This document shows, piece by piece, positions 11,960-23,659 of a stretch of 64,000 nucleotides of DNA (position 1 is the first letter of the stretch; each line of letters opens with the position of its first letter). A program made the translations under genes and the position numbers. This stretch comes from Lama guanicoe (lineage: Eukaryota): assembly GCA_013239625.1 (NCBI GenBank), contig MU054323.1, forward strand, positions 3,708,161 through 3,772,160, given 5' to 3'. The notes below the pieces were generated by a model, which was not told the DNA's origin, searched no databases, and saw only the letters and a list, made by a program, of their open reading frames with translations.

Positions 11960-13440
11960 TGGCCCAGTTGACCCAGTCATGTCTTTTTATTTACAACTGT
12001 TTCCCCCTCCCCCATCCCCCCATCAAGAATCAGATGGAGGGCTTTGCACTGTATTTACCTGTCATGTCCCTTTAGCCTCTTTCTTCTAACAGTTCCCAGG
12101 CTTTTCCATCTCCCATGAGATTGACATATCTGAGGGGCCCACACCAATGGTTAAGACATTCCTGGGTTGGAATTTGTCTAATTATTTTTCATGGCTCAAT
12201 GCATGTTATAATCTGGCAGGAGTGCTACACTGGTGGTCACATCAGGGGACACATAATACCAATGTCCCCCCCATGTTGAGTTGGGTCAGTTGGTTAAGGT
12301 TCAATTCTGTTTTTGGAATTTTTTTACATGCAGGTTTTAAGACTTTTGTGTAGCTCCAACTATGGCCATTTCTCTTGGTGATTTTTACAGTGAAATTTTA
12401 CTGTAGAGTAAAGTGTAAGAAAAGTGTTCCTTACCCTAGACTATATATTCACGTTTCCTCCAAATATATTTTCTCCAATCAATTCCTTGATTCACTAAGA
12501 ATTAATTTTGGTTTATGTCATGAGATAGGGTCAATGTTTTTCTTTAAATATAGTCGGGTATCCAGTATCATTCATTACTAAATTCTATTGAATCCTTCAT
12601 CGTTTCCTCCTTTGGAATTGTCACATTATAAATAGTTACAAACATTATGATTCGCTTCTGGACTCCCTATTCTGTTGTCTTGATCTGTCAATTCTGTTTT
12701 GAGGGCTACATGGGAATTCGTTTATAGTGATACTTGATAATGAATCTCTCCAAGGCAGATTTATTATTCTATGATGTAAAAATGTGAATCTGTTTTTAGG
12801 CAGAGCAGAAAGAAGTGAGAGAGATCCCCGAGGAGAGAAAAAGCCTGAGATACAGACCGTGGGTGGAAGGACAGTGACAGACACAGTGACAGCTGGACAG
12901 ACACACGTCCATCAGCATAGCTTGACCTTTGATGTGGGCAGCTAAGAGTTTGCTCCTTCCTCTCTCTCTCCTCTGCCCACCTCGTATTCCAGCATCGAAA
13001 ACTGTGGGCATCTTTCTGTGCCACGCACTGAAATGCAGTTCATAATTGCAATAGGGAAGAGCAGTCCCATGAGGGTGTATCACCCTTTATTTTGTCTTTA
13101 CCCTATTAAATGCCATTTTGGTCATTTCCAGTTTTCACTATTAACCTCAGTTTTTAAAATCTTTGTATATTTATCTTCATTTGTGTGAGTATACCTATAA
13201 CAAATTACATTTCTACAAGTGAAAGTGTTGAGTCAAAGGATTTCCTTCTTTAAAATGTTGATGCTGTACACTGCTCTTTGAAAAATCTCTCTGCACTACC
13301 ATTCCCACCAATGGTATATAGAATGCCCACTTGTTTGTCCTCTCACCAATAATGGATTTTATTTTCTTCAGTTTCACTAATCTGAGATGTAAAGAAAAAT
13401 GATACCTCACTATTCCCTTAATTGGCAATGATTTGCTGGT
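11960..13440 (-). mobile_element. Old L1ME-type LINE-1 fragments (interrupted)
   Basis: T-rich antisense L1 3'-region text (ccattcccaccaatggtatatagaatgcccacttg, ttcactaatctgagatgtaaagaaaaatgatacctcact); a GA-rich segment at ~12790-13000 interrupts it. Confidence 0.55.
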
Positions 13441-14329
13441 GACTTTTGGGATTTTGATTTCATCACCCGATTTTTTCCTAACTCTTTCAGATTTATGCCC
13501 CTAGCAATTAGGATAAACATTTTGATTAGTGTCCTCCAACTCTTTATCCAAGGCAAGAAGAAAGTCTGGGAGGACAGAACCCAGCCTGGGCTCTGCTCTA
13601 AATTAAGGTATCATTTCACGGTGGATCAGCTGCCTAGGAAAATGGGAAGCACATGGGGGTTGCCATGGCCTAGGGCCAAGTCCCCAGTTTTGTAGGTAGC
13701 CTCATCCCTTGCAGGGCAGCCTCGGAGACTGGCCCCCTGAAGATCTCACAGATGCCTTTGCCATGTGGGCCAAAACACCTGAGGCAAGGCCACCAAACTT
13801 GACACCAGGTCCCTGCGTCAGCACTGTGACACCCACTCAACACTGCTGCGGGAGCCATGAGACTTTCCATCCCAGTGTCTCCATCCTCTGGGGTGTCTGC
13901 AAGGTCTCACATCCTAGACTGAGGGACACAACTTCTGGGTCCTCCAACTCTGCTTCTCACCTCTGTTAGCCCCATCTTCTCAGGCAAAGAAGACAGTTTA
14001 GTTCCCTATTCATTGTGTGTCTAGAACAGAGACCCTGGGCTCCTATCTGACCAAGATTGGAGGACTGGGCATTCTGAATCATCGCATTTTCTAAGAGTCA
14101 CCAGTTTTGATTCCAAAAGATTTTTGGGTTTTTGGCTTTTAAAATCTTATGTGTCCACAAAGGTCTCCAAGAAAATCTAATGAAGATACACCTTCACACA
14201 ACTGATATTCACAATGGTCCAGTGAACAGAGGGGAAATGCCTCAAAGACAGTGGCCATACACAGGAGATGGGATGGACAGGTTAGATTAGCTTTCCAATT
14301 GGTTAAGCCAGGACTTAATCAGAAAACAA

Positions 14330-14550
14330 TAAAAGCCACCATTTATTGAACCAGTCACTATGCTAAGGACTTTACCTAACTCTGTTTCCTTTATTCCTTA
14401 GCACACCTGACAGGGAGGAATCCCTGTCTCCATTTAAAGATGAAAAGATGGAGGATGACAGGTCAATTAACATAATCAAGGTCACAAAGCTAGTGCTCTG
14501 CAAAATTTGGAAGTTTGGTTTGGAAGCCAGGTCTTTAGCATGACTTTAGA
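14330..14550. mobile_element. MIR SINE
   Basis: ccaccatttattgaac...tccatttaaagatgaaaagatggagg...aatcaaggtcacaaagctag; MIR core. Confidence 0.6.
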
Positions 14551-17264
14551 AATAAGAGTACTGGAGGCATGTGGTGCTTGACCCTCAGTTCCCAGGACAC
14601 TTTAGAGTTCCAGGTAAGCTGGCTGAACTGCAGGGGTCCCAGTGCAGGGTCCAGGTTCCAGGCTGACCTGGTCTTTGTAAACCCCAGCAGGAGTTCAGCC
14701 ACACCGTGATGCTGTTATAACCAGTGACCAGAAGATGGCAGTATCCACCAGCCAGACACCATTTGTCCTAAACCAAATAAAGGGCTCTGAGAGGTCTCCT
14801 CTGAAACTTCTGGAAAAGAAGCTACCCGACTCCTTTCTTCTCTGTCCCTTCCCCTCCCCCACCCACCCCCAAGGGTAGGCCAACGAGTGGCCAGGGGCCG
14901 GGCTGCAGCCGACCCCGGTGTGGATGCCAGAGCTGTTGCCTGGGTAACCTAGGGCGAAGCAACCCTCTGTTGGGCCTGGGAAATTCTTCCGAGCCTGAGG
15001 AAGCCCAGACCTGGCATCAGAAGGGGCTGAGCCACAGCCCTCCTGGAGTCTTCCCACCCCCGCAGCCCTATCCCAGGTCTTTCTGGGGGAGATGACTGCA
15101 GCACATTTCCAGCGCGGTGGGGGACAGCAGCACCAGGTGCGGCGGTAGGTGGCTCCCTCTACAGGCTGTTGTCACCATCTTCCCTCTCCTGCTTTCCCAG
15201 GGACACCATCTTCAGAGGCAGAGCGCCAGGCTAACCCTGCCTCCTCACCTCTAACCCTCTCCAGCTCTGAGTCACAACAGCAATGGTGGGTCCAGACCGG
15301 AGCAAGCTCCTGGCTGGGTCCCTCACAGGCTCTCCACCTCTCACAGGTGGGCCCTTGGAGGACATCTGATTGTCAGCCTCATTGTGTATTTGGGGACTGA
15401 AAGCCAGGAAGGGCCAAGGGACTTGCGGCCCAAGGTTAGAGGCCAGATTTGAATTCTGGTCTCCTGACTCTTGGGAGCCATCAACATCATAGCCAAGGGG
15501 GCATCTATTTTATCTTCCCAAACAGTGCTTGGCTACAGGGGCCCAGAATGCCCAACAGTGGACAGGGCGGAGGCTGAGCCCTCATCCATCCTCATCTTCT
15601 CCCAGGTCCAGGGTGCCTGGGGCAGAGCTGGGATGAGACCGTCTGAGCTGCACAAAGGCACAGGATCACAGAGGGGCCCCACCATCCCAGCTGGCTGTGA
15701 TGCCAAACAACAGGGTGCTGATCCCTTCCCCCTGGGGGACTTGGCTGCCCTACATGGGCAATGAAGGCCACCTTGAAGGAACTTCTCATGTTCTAGTCGT
15801 CAGACAGGGGGTCAGGTATCTGGTGTGACAGGAGACACTGGCTCCAGGCTGAGCAGGCTGCAGCAGGGCAGCTCCAATTTCCAGTGTCTGAAGGTCACCA
15901 CAAGGTGGCTTTAGCTGGCAAAATCCAAGACTAACTTCCTAGATGGCATCAACCCCGTGTGCCAGCTCCTATTCCCAGATGGCATGTGAACGCCACAGCA
16001 GAGGTGCCTGGGAGAGATGTGGTGGCTCTCCCAGGTGCCGTGTGCAGGCTTCCTCAGCTTCAGATCTAGCAGAAGGCTGCCTGGGACAGGGAGGGGGCTC
16101 GCGGTCTCCAGAGGTATGCAAGCAAGGCTGGGTAGCAATTTGTTATGAATCAGACATGATATGGGAAGTTGGCCCAAATAACCCAGAATGTTCCTTCAGA
16201 CACTTGGTTTCTGAATCAGAAAACTGGTGGTCAGAGAAAGCAAACAGCTTCTGCAAAGCATAGATGAGTGCGAAGGATCTGGGGGGGGGGAGAATGTGGG
16301 GACCGCTCCTCCACACCCTGGTCAAGAAGCACCCCCACCCCCTGCCCCCAAACTGGGCTGCTTTCCCCTCCTCCCTTGTTGGAGCCAGTCTCCCCTCCCC
16401 TCTCTGAGGAGGTAACAGCTGAAGTCTGGTGTTCTGGGCGCTGGGGGGCAGTCATCAGACTGATGAGGAACGGAAGTTAAAACTTCCAGCCCCCAGTTTT
16501 CTCCCAGCCTTCTGCAAACTCCCTGCCCTGGCCCCTCGGCCTCATCACCAGCTTCCTGGTAACACTGATGGCTGGGACAACACAGAGGAGCAGGAATCGC
16601 CCTTCAAAATGTGCAGGTAGGGCACAACTTCTGGGAGTGCTAGCGCCCTCCTGTCCGGCTCACCGACCCAAGGCTCACTGTGTCCCCCAGGAGGAAGTCC
16701 CAGCCTGGCTCTGTGGGCCCCATAAACCTTCAGCTTCATGAAGTCAGGGATGCAGGGCTGGGTATCCCTGGTCCCATGTTTCTCTGTTGCCAGGGAGGGT
16801 GCCATCTGCCCTCCGGGCTGATGCTCAGTCCTGACTCCAGGGAAGCCCTGGACAGGGTCTGGAGACCTGGTCAAGTCAAGCCCTGGCTGTGGGCCTGACT
16901 CCCTAAGCCATCAGACCACATCATGTAAACTTAGCCGCCAGACCACATGCTCCTGCAGCATGTCCTGCTCTGAGCTCTGTGGCTTCTCCAGCTTCAGGTG
17001 GGCCCTGCTGCTGGTGAGGACAGGCTGCATTCAGTGGGCAGGTGCTGTGAGCACTCAGCTGATGCCAGAGGCAAGAAGTCCCCAAGGCAATGCTTTCACA
17101 GTCTTCATCTGGACCTGAGAGTTCCTTTTCTGCCAAGAAATTTCCAGAGAGCTTGAGAGGAAAGGCAGGACACTCTTTGCCTCTCCACTGGAGTTGGGGA
17201 CCAAGCTCCCCAGCCCCAGACCCACTTCCCCTGTGGGTGGCCAAGAGTTGGGGCAGAGACCAGA

Positions 17265-17470
17265 CCGTTGATGACTCCAGGCTCTGCCACTCACCAGGTG
17301 ATCTGGGCAAGGTGTTAAATTTCTTTGTCATTCAACTTTCTTTGTCAATAAAGTGGAAAGAATAATACCTACTTCACAGAACCCCGCAGTGGTGAAAATA
17401 AAATGACATGAGGTACGTTAAGCTGTTGGCAGGATGCCTGGCATTTGGAGGGAAACAAACGGTTACTATC
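17265..17470. mobile_element. MIR SINE
   Basis: ccaggctctgccactcaccaggtgatctgggcaaggtgttaaatttc...gaataatacctacttcacagaac; MIR core. Confidence 0.6.
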
Positions 17471-18849
17471 ATTATTTGAGGGGAAAGCAAGGGAGCCAGC
17501 CGTGGCCCCAGCTTCCCTCTGCCTCCCTCCTCTCTGGGCTTTGCTGCAGCGTGTCCTCTGCTGATCAAAAAGCGCCCCCCAGCCTTTGCTTCCCATTGCT
17601 TCGCAATGAACCACTGGACAGCACACAGTACATTCACGTGCTTTTATGCATTTATGTGTTTCCTGTCTCTTCTGCCCTTACGAAAGCTCCATGAGTTTGT
17701 GCTGCACATTGCTGAATCCACAACACACAGAAAGCTGCTCACAGTATTTACTGGGAAGGAGGAATGAATAGGGACAGATAAATGATGAATGCATGCATTA
17801 TTGCCTCACTTTACAGATCAACAAACAGAAGTGATAGCAGCTAAGTCCCTGCTCAAGCACACACTGCGGGTGGGCAGTGGCTCCAGCAGCAGCAGTTCCC
17901 ACCCCCACCCGCCCCCAGCAGTCTCCTCCAGAGACTCCTCCTTCAGGCACCCCTTTTAGAAACTGCTCCTCTCTCAGCCATCATCACCCTGAGGACCCAG
18001 AACAGACTGAGAGGGGCAAGGCCACCAGAGCCTCCTCTGTGCCAGCCTTTTATCCTAGACACACACAAACTTCCTGTGACAATCTCTCCATTTTCCACCT
18101 GAGGAAACTCAGTCTCATAGAATCACAGTGCCCCGCTTCCACACGGACAGCAAAAGCACAGGGATTCCAGCCCATCCCTAATTCCTAAGCCCCAAGGTGA
18201 CCTCCAGGTAGGGATATCATGTAATTAACAAAACTTCATTTGGCTTCTGTTGTGCCAAGCCTGTGCCAGGACCCTCCCATTCTCTCCCTCACACAGTTGG
18301 AGAAACTGAAGCCCAGATGATGCAAGGGGCTGGTTGTTAAGAGGTCAAAGCCGGGACCAGAACCAGGACTACTTGACCCCAGCTCAAGGTTCCCAGGGTG
18401 TTTGCACCAATTTTAGTCGAGGTGATCTGCAAAACACCCAAAAACTGTTCATGCGTGGCTGCGGGCAGAAAGGGGGCCAAGAAAGACAGCAGGGACCCAA
18501 CACAAGCATCATCTGAGAGACAGGTGGCTGGGCCGGGACTATCTGAACTGACCAGTGTCTCTAGAGGGAGGCTCTGCCAGACAGCTTGCATAGGCTCCTG
18601 CAGGGCAGCTCTATACCGGAAGGAGGGAGACCCGTGACGACAGCCTTGCGGTAGCTCTCCATCCTCTGTCCCAGGACCAGGGTGGGTTAATGCAGCCCTG
18701 GTCATCCCAGCCCTCTTCTTGCCCAGACATTCCCACGCTAACCTTGGGCCTTTCTCCTCCGCCCACCTGATCCGCCTGGGATCCAAGAGTTGTGACTCCT
18801 GGCCAGGCCTCTCCTTCCCCCATACGTCCCCGAGGGGTGAATGGCCCAA

Positions 18850-21150
18850 TGTTCTAAGCTGAGCGGGTACTGCGTCTCCGCGGGGTCCGGCATGGCGACG
18901 ACTGAAGAGCTCGCTTGGGACCAAGCAGCCGGTGCAGGGGAACTCTGACTGCGGCCCAGGAGCTCCCCAGACCTGGCGTCTTACGTGGGTCAGAGTGAGG
19001 GGCAGCCCAGCGAGAGTCGGAACTCAGGAGGCTTTGGATCTGGTGGCGTCATGTCGACGCTGCTCGCTCTCTCAAAGTGACGCCCCGCCCCGCCTAGATT
19101 TCGAGATCGGTAGCAAACACAATTTTAAAAGAAAAAACACTCCTGCGCTGCTACGGGGATCCGTCCGGCTCAGGCTCTCCGTCTGCCTAACAGCAGATCG
19201 TCCATTCGATAGACTTTCCCGCATTTGAGGGACGTCGGTGCTGCTGGTGGAGCTGGGCTCGCCAACCACCTCTCTTCCCCGCGCGTCTCACTGAGATGCG
19301 GCCTCCGGGACTTCCCCGTGCCGGCTGCTGACCCAAGTGCCTCGTCGCCCCGCGCGATTGCGCTCCGGTGCGCCCCCTCCACCCCCACCTCCACCGCGCG
19401 CGAGAACCGGGGCCCGGGAAGGAAGTACTGAGGCGTCGCCCCGGGGCTCTCCCGACTCGCGCTCGCCCTCCCGGCTCTGGCAGCGCCCCAACATACCCGG
19501 TAGCCCGTTTCCGTGAGCCGGGCCCCCTAGGAGGCGGGCGGAAGGTCCTCACTTCGACGCGCAGATGAACTCGGGGAGCCGCTCCCACGCGGGAATCCCC
19601 TGATCACCCCGCTGCCTTCGTAGTTTCTGAGATTCTTCAAGATCTTGGCTCCCGTCTAAGCGCATGTTCCGCGCCCAGACCTTTGCTTTTCGACTGTCGC
19701 TCCTTGTCCGTCTATCTTTCTGGCCTGCCCTTCCAGTTGCTAGCCCTCTCTTCCCTACGGGTGCCCTACCCTGCTCCGGCCTCCTACTCCGATCTTTGGT
19801 GGCTGTGCCAGGGTGAGGAACCGCCGAACCGGTGATCAAAAACCCTTGTTTGCGAGAACCCTGCGCGCCCTTGTGGCCTCTGTGCGCCCTTGTGGCCTCT
19901 CTGTACGTTGGCCACGGGGTCGCGGCATGGACGGGCGGGGCCGAGCGCCTCCGCAGCCCCACCTCTTGCGTCTCGGGCACCCGCGGAATAGGAGAGGGGA
20001 GGGGGCGGGGGCTTCTAGGCCTGGGAGTGGGGAAGAAGCTGGGCGGTTACGCGCGATGCCCAGGAGCCTCTGACAATGGAGGGCGCGTTTGGCCCGGGCA
20101 CAGCGTGGGCGGAGGGGGTCGCCTTGCCGTGGGGAAGGGAGGCGGGGCCCTAGTTTGTGGCGGTAGCCTTCGGCCGGTAACACTCACTTAGCGAGAGTGG
20201 GGTCGAAGCGCTTCGGTCCAGGACGGAGGCCCCGGCCCTGGACTCCGCGTTAGGCCGGAGTAGGGGGCGCGGCGCTGCCGCTCGTGTGTTCAGCAGGGGG
20301 CGCTGCTCCGGGCGTTGAGCGGGGGTGGGGTGGGAGAGGAGGGGGGGCCGCAGCTTGCTGCGCACACTTCCCCCATTATTAAACACTATGTTCAAAAGGC
20401 GCCGGGGGACTTCCCGAAGCCACGGAGCCCGCGCCGCCCGTCCGCCTGGCCCTTGGAGCCCATGGACCTGAGCGCGGCCGCCGCGCTGTGCCTCTGGCTG
20501 CTGAGCGCCTGCCGCCCCCGCGACGGGCTCGAAGCTGCAGTGGTGCTGCGAGCGGCGGGGGCAGGGCCGGCCGAGAGTCCGGGGGGCGGTGGCGGCGGCG
20601 GGAGGACCCTCGCTGCGGCCGCGGGCGCCTCCACTGCCCCGGCCGCCGTGGCTCCCGGGCCCCGCGCCGCGCGCCGCGCCGCGGGCTCTGGCTTCAGGAA
20701 CGGTTCGGTGGTGCCGCACCAGTTCATGATGTCGCTCTACCGGAGCCTGGCCGGGAGGGCTCCGGCCGGGGCAGTCGCTGCCTCCACCTCGGGTTCTGGC
20801 CGCCACGGCCACGCGGACACAATCACCGGCTTCGCAGACCAGGCGACCCAAGGTACTCACGCCTCCACTGCGCCCGTCCATCCTGTCCGGTTCTAGGCTG
20901 AGGCCACCGTTGGAGCCGTGCCCCTGCTCCATTCCGTTTGGGGGGCTCGGTCCCTACAGGTCCCAGCCTCAGGTGTTAGAAGGAAACTTCGCCGAGGTCC
21001 GCGCACCCGAACCCGCTGCGCCTGGACTGTGACTAGAGCGGCGGCAGCTCGCGGGGCCCGGCAACAGAGGGCTGATCCCGTCCCTTTGCTGGGTTGACCT
21101 GGCCCTGCCGGCCGGCGGGTCCCCTCGAGGAGGCAGGCTGAGTTGGAGAG
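18850..21150. promoter_or_regulatory. CpG island spanning GDF7 promoter and exon 1
   Basis: Dense CpG, GC boxes, G-rich tract 20321-20348, CTCF-like motifs at ~20255-20305, kB-type sites. Confidence 0.85.
20462..20852 (+). CDS. GDF7: GDF7 (BMP12) exon 1: signal peptide and N-terminal prodomain
   Basis: MDLSAAAALCLWLLSACRPRDGLEAAVVLRAAGAG...G7 tract...FRNGSVVPHQFMMSLYRSLAGR...ADTITGFADQATQ-D. Donor G|GTactc at 20853; 391 nt. Joins 23660-24618 to give 1350 nt = 449 aa + stop. Confidence 0.97.
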
Positions 21151-22319
21151 CCGGAGAAGCAAGGAGGGGATACGGCTCAGGGGGCCTGCGCAGTGGTAGT
21201 GGTGGCGGGTGCTTCCTTGCTGCAGTCTCTGCGGCTCCCAGACTTGGAGGGCCGTACGATGTGGGGAAAACTCAGGGGAATGCGGGACAAAGCAGGCATC
21301 AGACTAAAGTAAATGATTCTGGAGAGGCTGGTGGCATCACTAGGTATGAGGCGGGCCCTTTTCAGCAGGCAATGTCTGGGTGGAGATGTATAATTCTGGG
21401 TGTTTGTGCCTTGTGCTGCTCCCGGGGAGCCAGAGGTGGAGGACTCCGTTTTGTTCAGAGGAGAGGAGGGCCAAGGACCGTGCAGGAATGCAGGCCTCTC
21501 TCGGACCAAGCGACACCACCTTACTCCATCCTAAGTCCTCCAAAGGTAGGACGTGGGTGAGGCCGCAGTGGTTGGTGTTCCTCATCTGGATTTTATTAAT
21601 CTCTATTGAAGCCATTAAAGCAGACAGATAGGGAAATTTTAACTAATTTCAGGCGGAAATGCAAGTAATTTCAGCCTTAATTCTATCCAGCCAGGGACCC
21701 AGAATGGAAGGCAGGAAGAAAAGAAAGGCAAATAGGGCTGGAAAGTAAACGCTCCCGCAGTCTGTGCCCTGCCTGGGAGCCGTTGGGGGCTGTATATTCC
21801 TGACCCTAGCCCAGGAAAGCAGGTAGAGGCAGTGCAGTGATCAAATCTCCCATCCCCTCCAACACACACAATGTCTCACAAGCTACTTGATCTGGGATGC
21901 AGGGACATCCCAGGCCCAAACAGTCTTATAGTCAGGTGGGAACTTGCAAGCATTCTCTGAGAGCCTGGCATGCCCCTTGGACAGGATGCTAGGGTACTTA
22001 CAGGGAGCCTGAGTCCTGGTGTATAGAGCCAGGGAAGGCCCCAGCACTAACACTGCTGTGTGGACTCCCAGCTGTGGGAGAGTTGGAATGTGCTGGGCCT
22101 TAAGCTTGTAGAGGCACCAGATGCTCTTTTTTAGGTTGAGTTAGCCTCAGCCTGATCTACATGCTTTCCTGGGGAGCTCTGCTTCGTTGGCAAGGCTAGT
22201 AAAGCTGCCTCTCCTTCCTTGTTCTGGAGGGAGGGGATGCAGTGGCAGGACCTTGGAGCTGGGAGAGGCTGCAGAGGAATCAGAGAAAGTGCTCCAGCAA
22301 GCAAGCCCTTGGGAGAAAG

Positions 22320-22320
<1 letters not shown>

Positions 22321-22367
<47 letters not shown>
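22321..22367. repeat. (TG)23 microsatellite in GDF7 intron
   Basis: Perfect TG dinucleotide run read directly. Confidence 0.97.
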
Positions 22368-22372
<5 letters not shown>

Positions 22373-23659
22373 GGGGGTTAGGGAGCACTTGCCCAGTGCC
22401 TCTCCTGCTCCCCTTTCCACCCTGAGCCTCAGCTTGGAGTAGGGCTGCCTGAGGTCTCTAGACGTCACCGGCAGCACTCAGACTTCGGACCTCAGGAGTT
22501 GATGGCTTGGCATCCGTGGTTGGTGAGCAAATCTCCAGTAGTGGGGGGAGTCTGCACAGTCTCTCCTCATTTGGGGCAAAACGAAACCATATGACGTTCT
22601 TCAAAGGGAGCTCCTTATCTGCTGCTTGGTGGAATTTCAACTTTTTTTTTTCTGAGCCCCAAAAGAAATAAGTGCCCATGGCCAGAAATAAAATCCCAAA
22701 GCCCGAGATGAGATGTGGCGGAGGGAAAGAATAAGTCTGCGAAGGTACCAGCGGGTAGTGCGGGGAGACCTCACTGGGTCCGCTGCCCTTACGGCAGCAA
22801 GGCAATCCCGCGCTGCCTCAGACCCTTCCCAGAAGGTTGCTTGCCCTCCTCTGCCGTCTTTCCCCTCCGTCCGAGGTGGCAGAAGCACTGGAAGAAGCTG
22901 AGTCTGGAGTTCACCATCGCGACCAGGAGCTGAGCTGGGCCCCTACCTGGGCCTCAGTTCCCCTCCAGCAAAGCAAAGGGGTCGGATGCACTAAAGGGTC
23001 TCTGTAGCCCTGCAGACGCGTTCCCCTTCTGGACGAATCGCAAAGCCCCAGCCTGCATGGGAGACAGTGGCCGGCGGGAGTGTCCAGGCTGGGCTAGGGA
23101 AGAGAGGTAGCAGAAGCAGTTTTCAGGGAAAAAGAATTTTCCGTTTTCCGCACAACCGGGACTCCGAGGCTCTTTCAGGGGCTCAGTAGGGCGATAAGGA
23201 GCAGCCCCCGTACAGAGCGGAAACTCGGGCAGTCAGCCTGATCTCTGGGTCTTAGAAATGCGCCTGCTGGGCCTTTTTCCCGCTACCAGCCGAAAGTCTG
23301 GCTTCCGAACTAGTGTTCGAAAAGCCATGGCTTTGGGGCAGGCATAGGAACTGTAGCGGCTTTATGTCTTGGTCTTGGGTGCGGGGGTGCGATAAGTGGC
23401 TGTCCGTGGGTTGTCGGGCATCATTTGGCTCGATGAACCAAAGTCCAGGTCCCGATAATGTGGACAAAGTCTCCCTTTCTTCTGGGCCAGGCTGGCGGCC
23501 TTCCGGCTGGAGCGGAGACCCCAGGCGGGCGCGGGCTTCAGCGATCCATGCTCCCACATTCAGGGCAGTTGGGCAATTCGCAGTTAAGAAGCCTCGCGGC
23601 CAGGGGTGCCGGCTTCGCTCTTATTCCGCTCTTTCTCTGTCTCTGCTTGTCCCCTGCAG

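Noticed and set aside
20315..20461. In-frame TTG-initiated N-terminal extension of GDF7
   Set aside because: No ATG in frame, the TTG is probably upstream of the TSS, and an extension would displace the signal peptide.
20150..20932. 260-aa and 111-aa antisense ORFs over GDF7 exon 1
   Set aside because: Stop-codon depletion in a CpG island; no protein-like features.
23458..23659. N-terminal part of the 386-aa ORF as a single-exon GDF7
   Set aside because: Intronic: lies upstream of the polypyrimidine tract/AG acceptor at 23659, starts at GTG and lacks the signal peptide supplied by exon 1.
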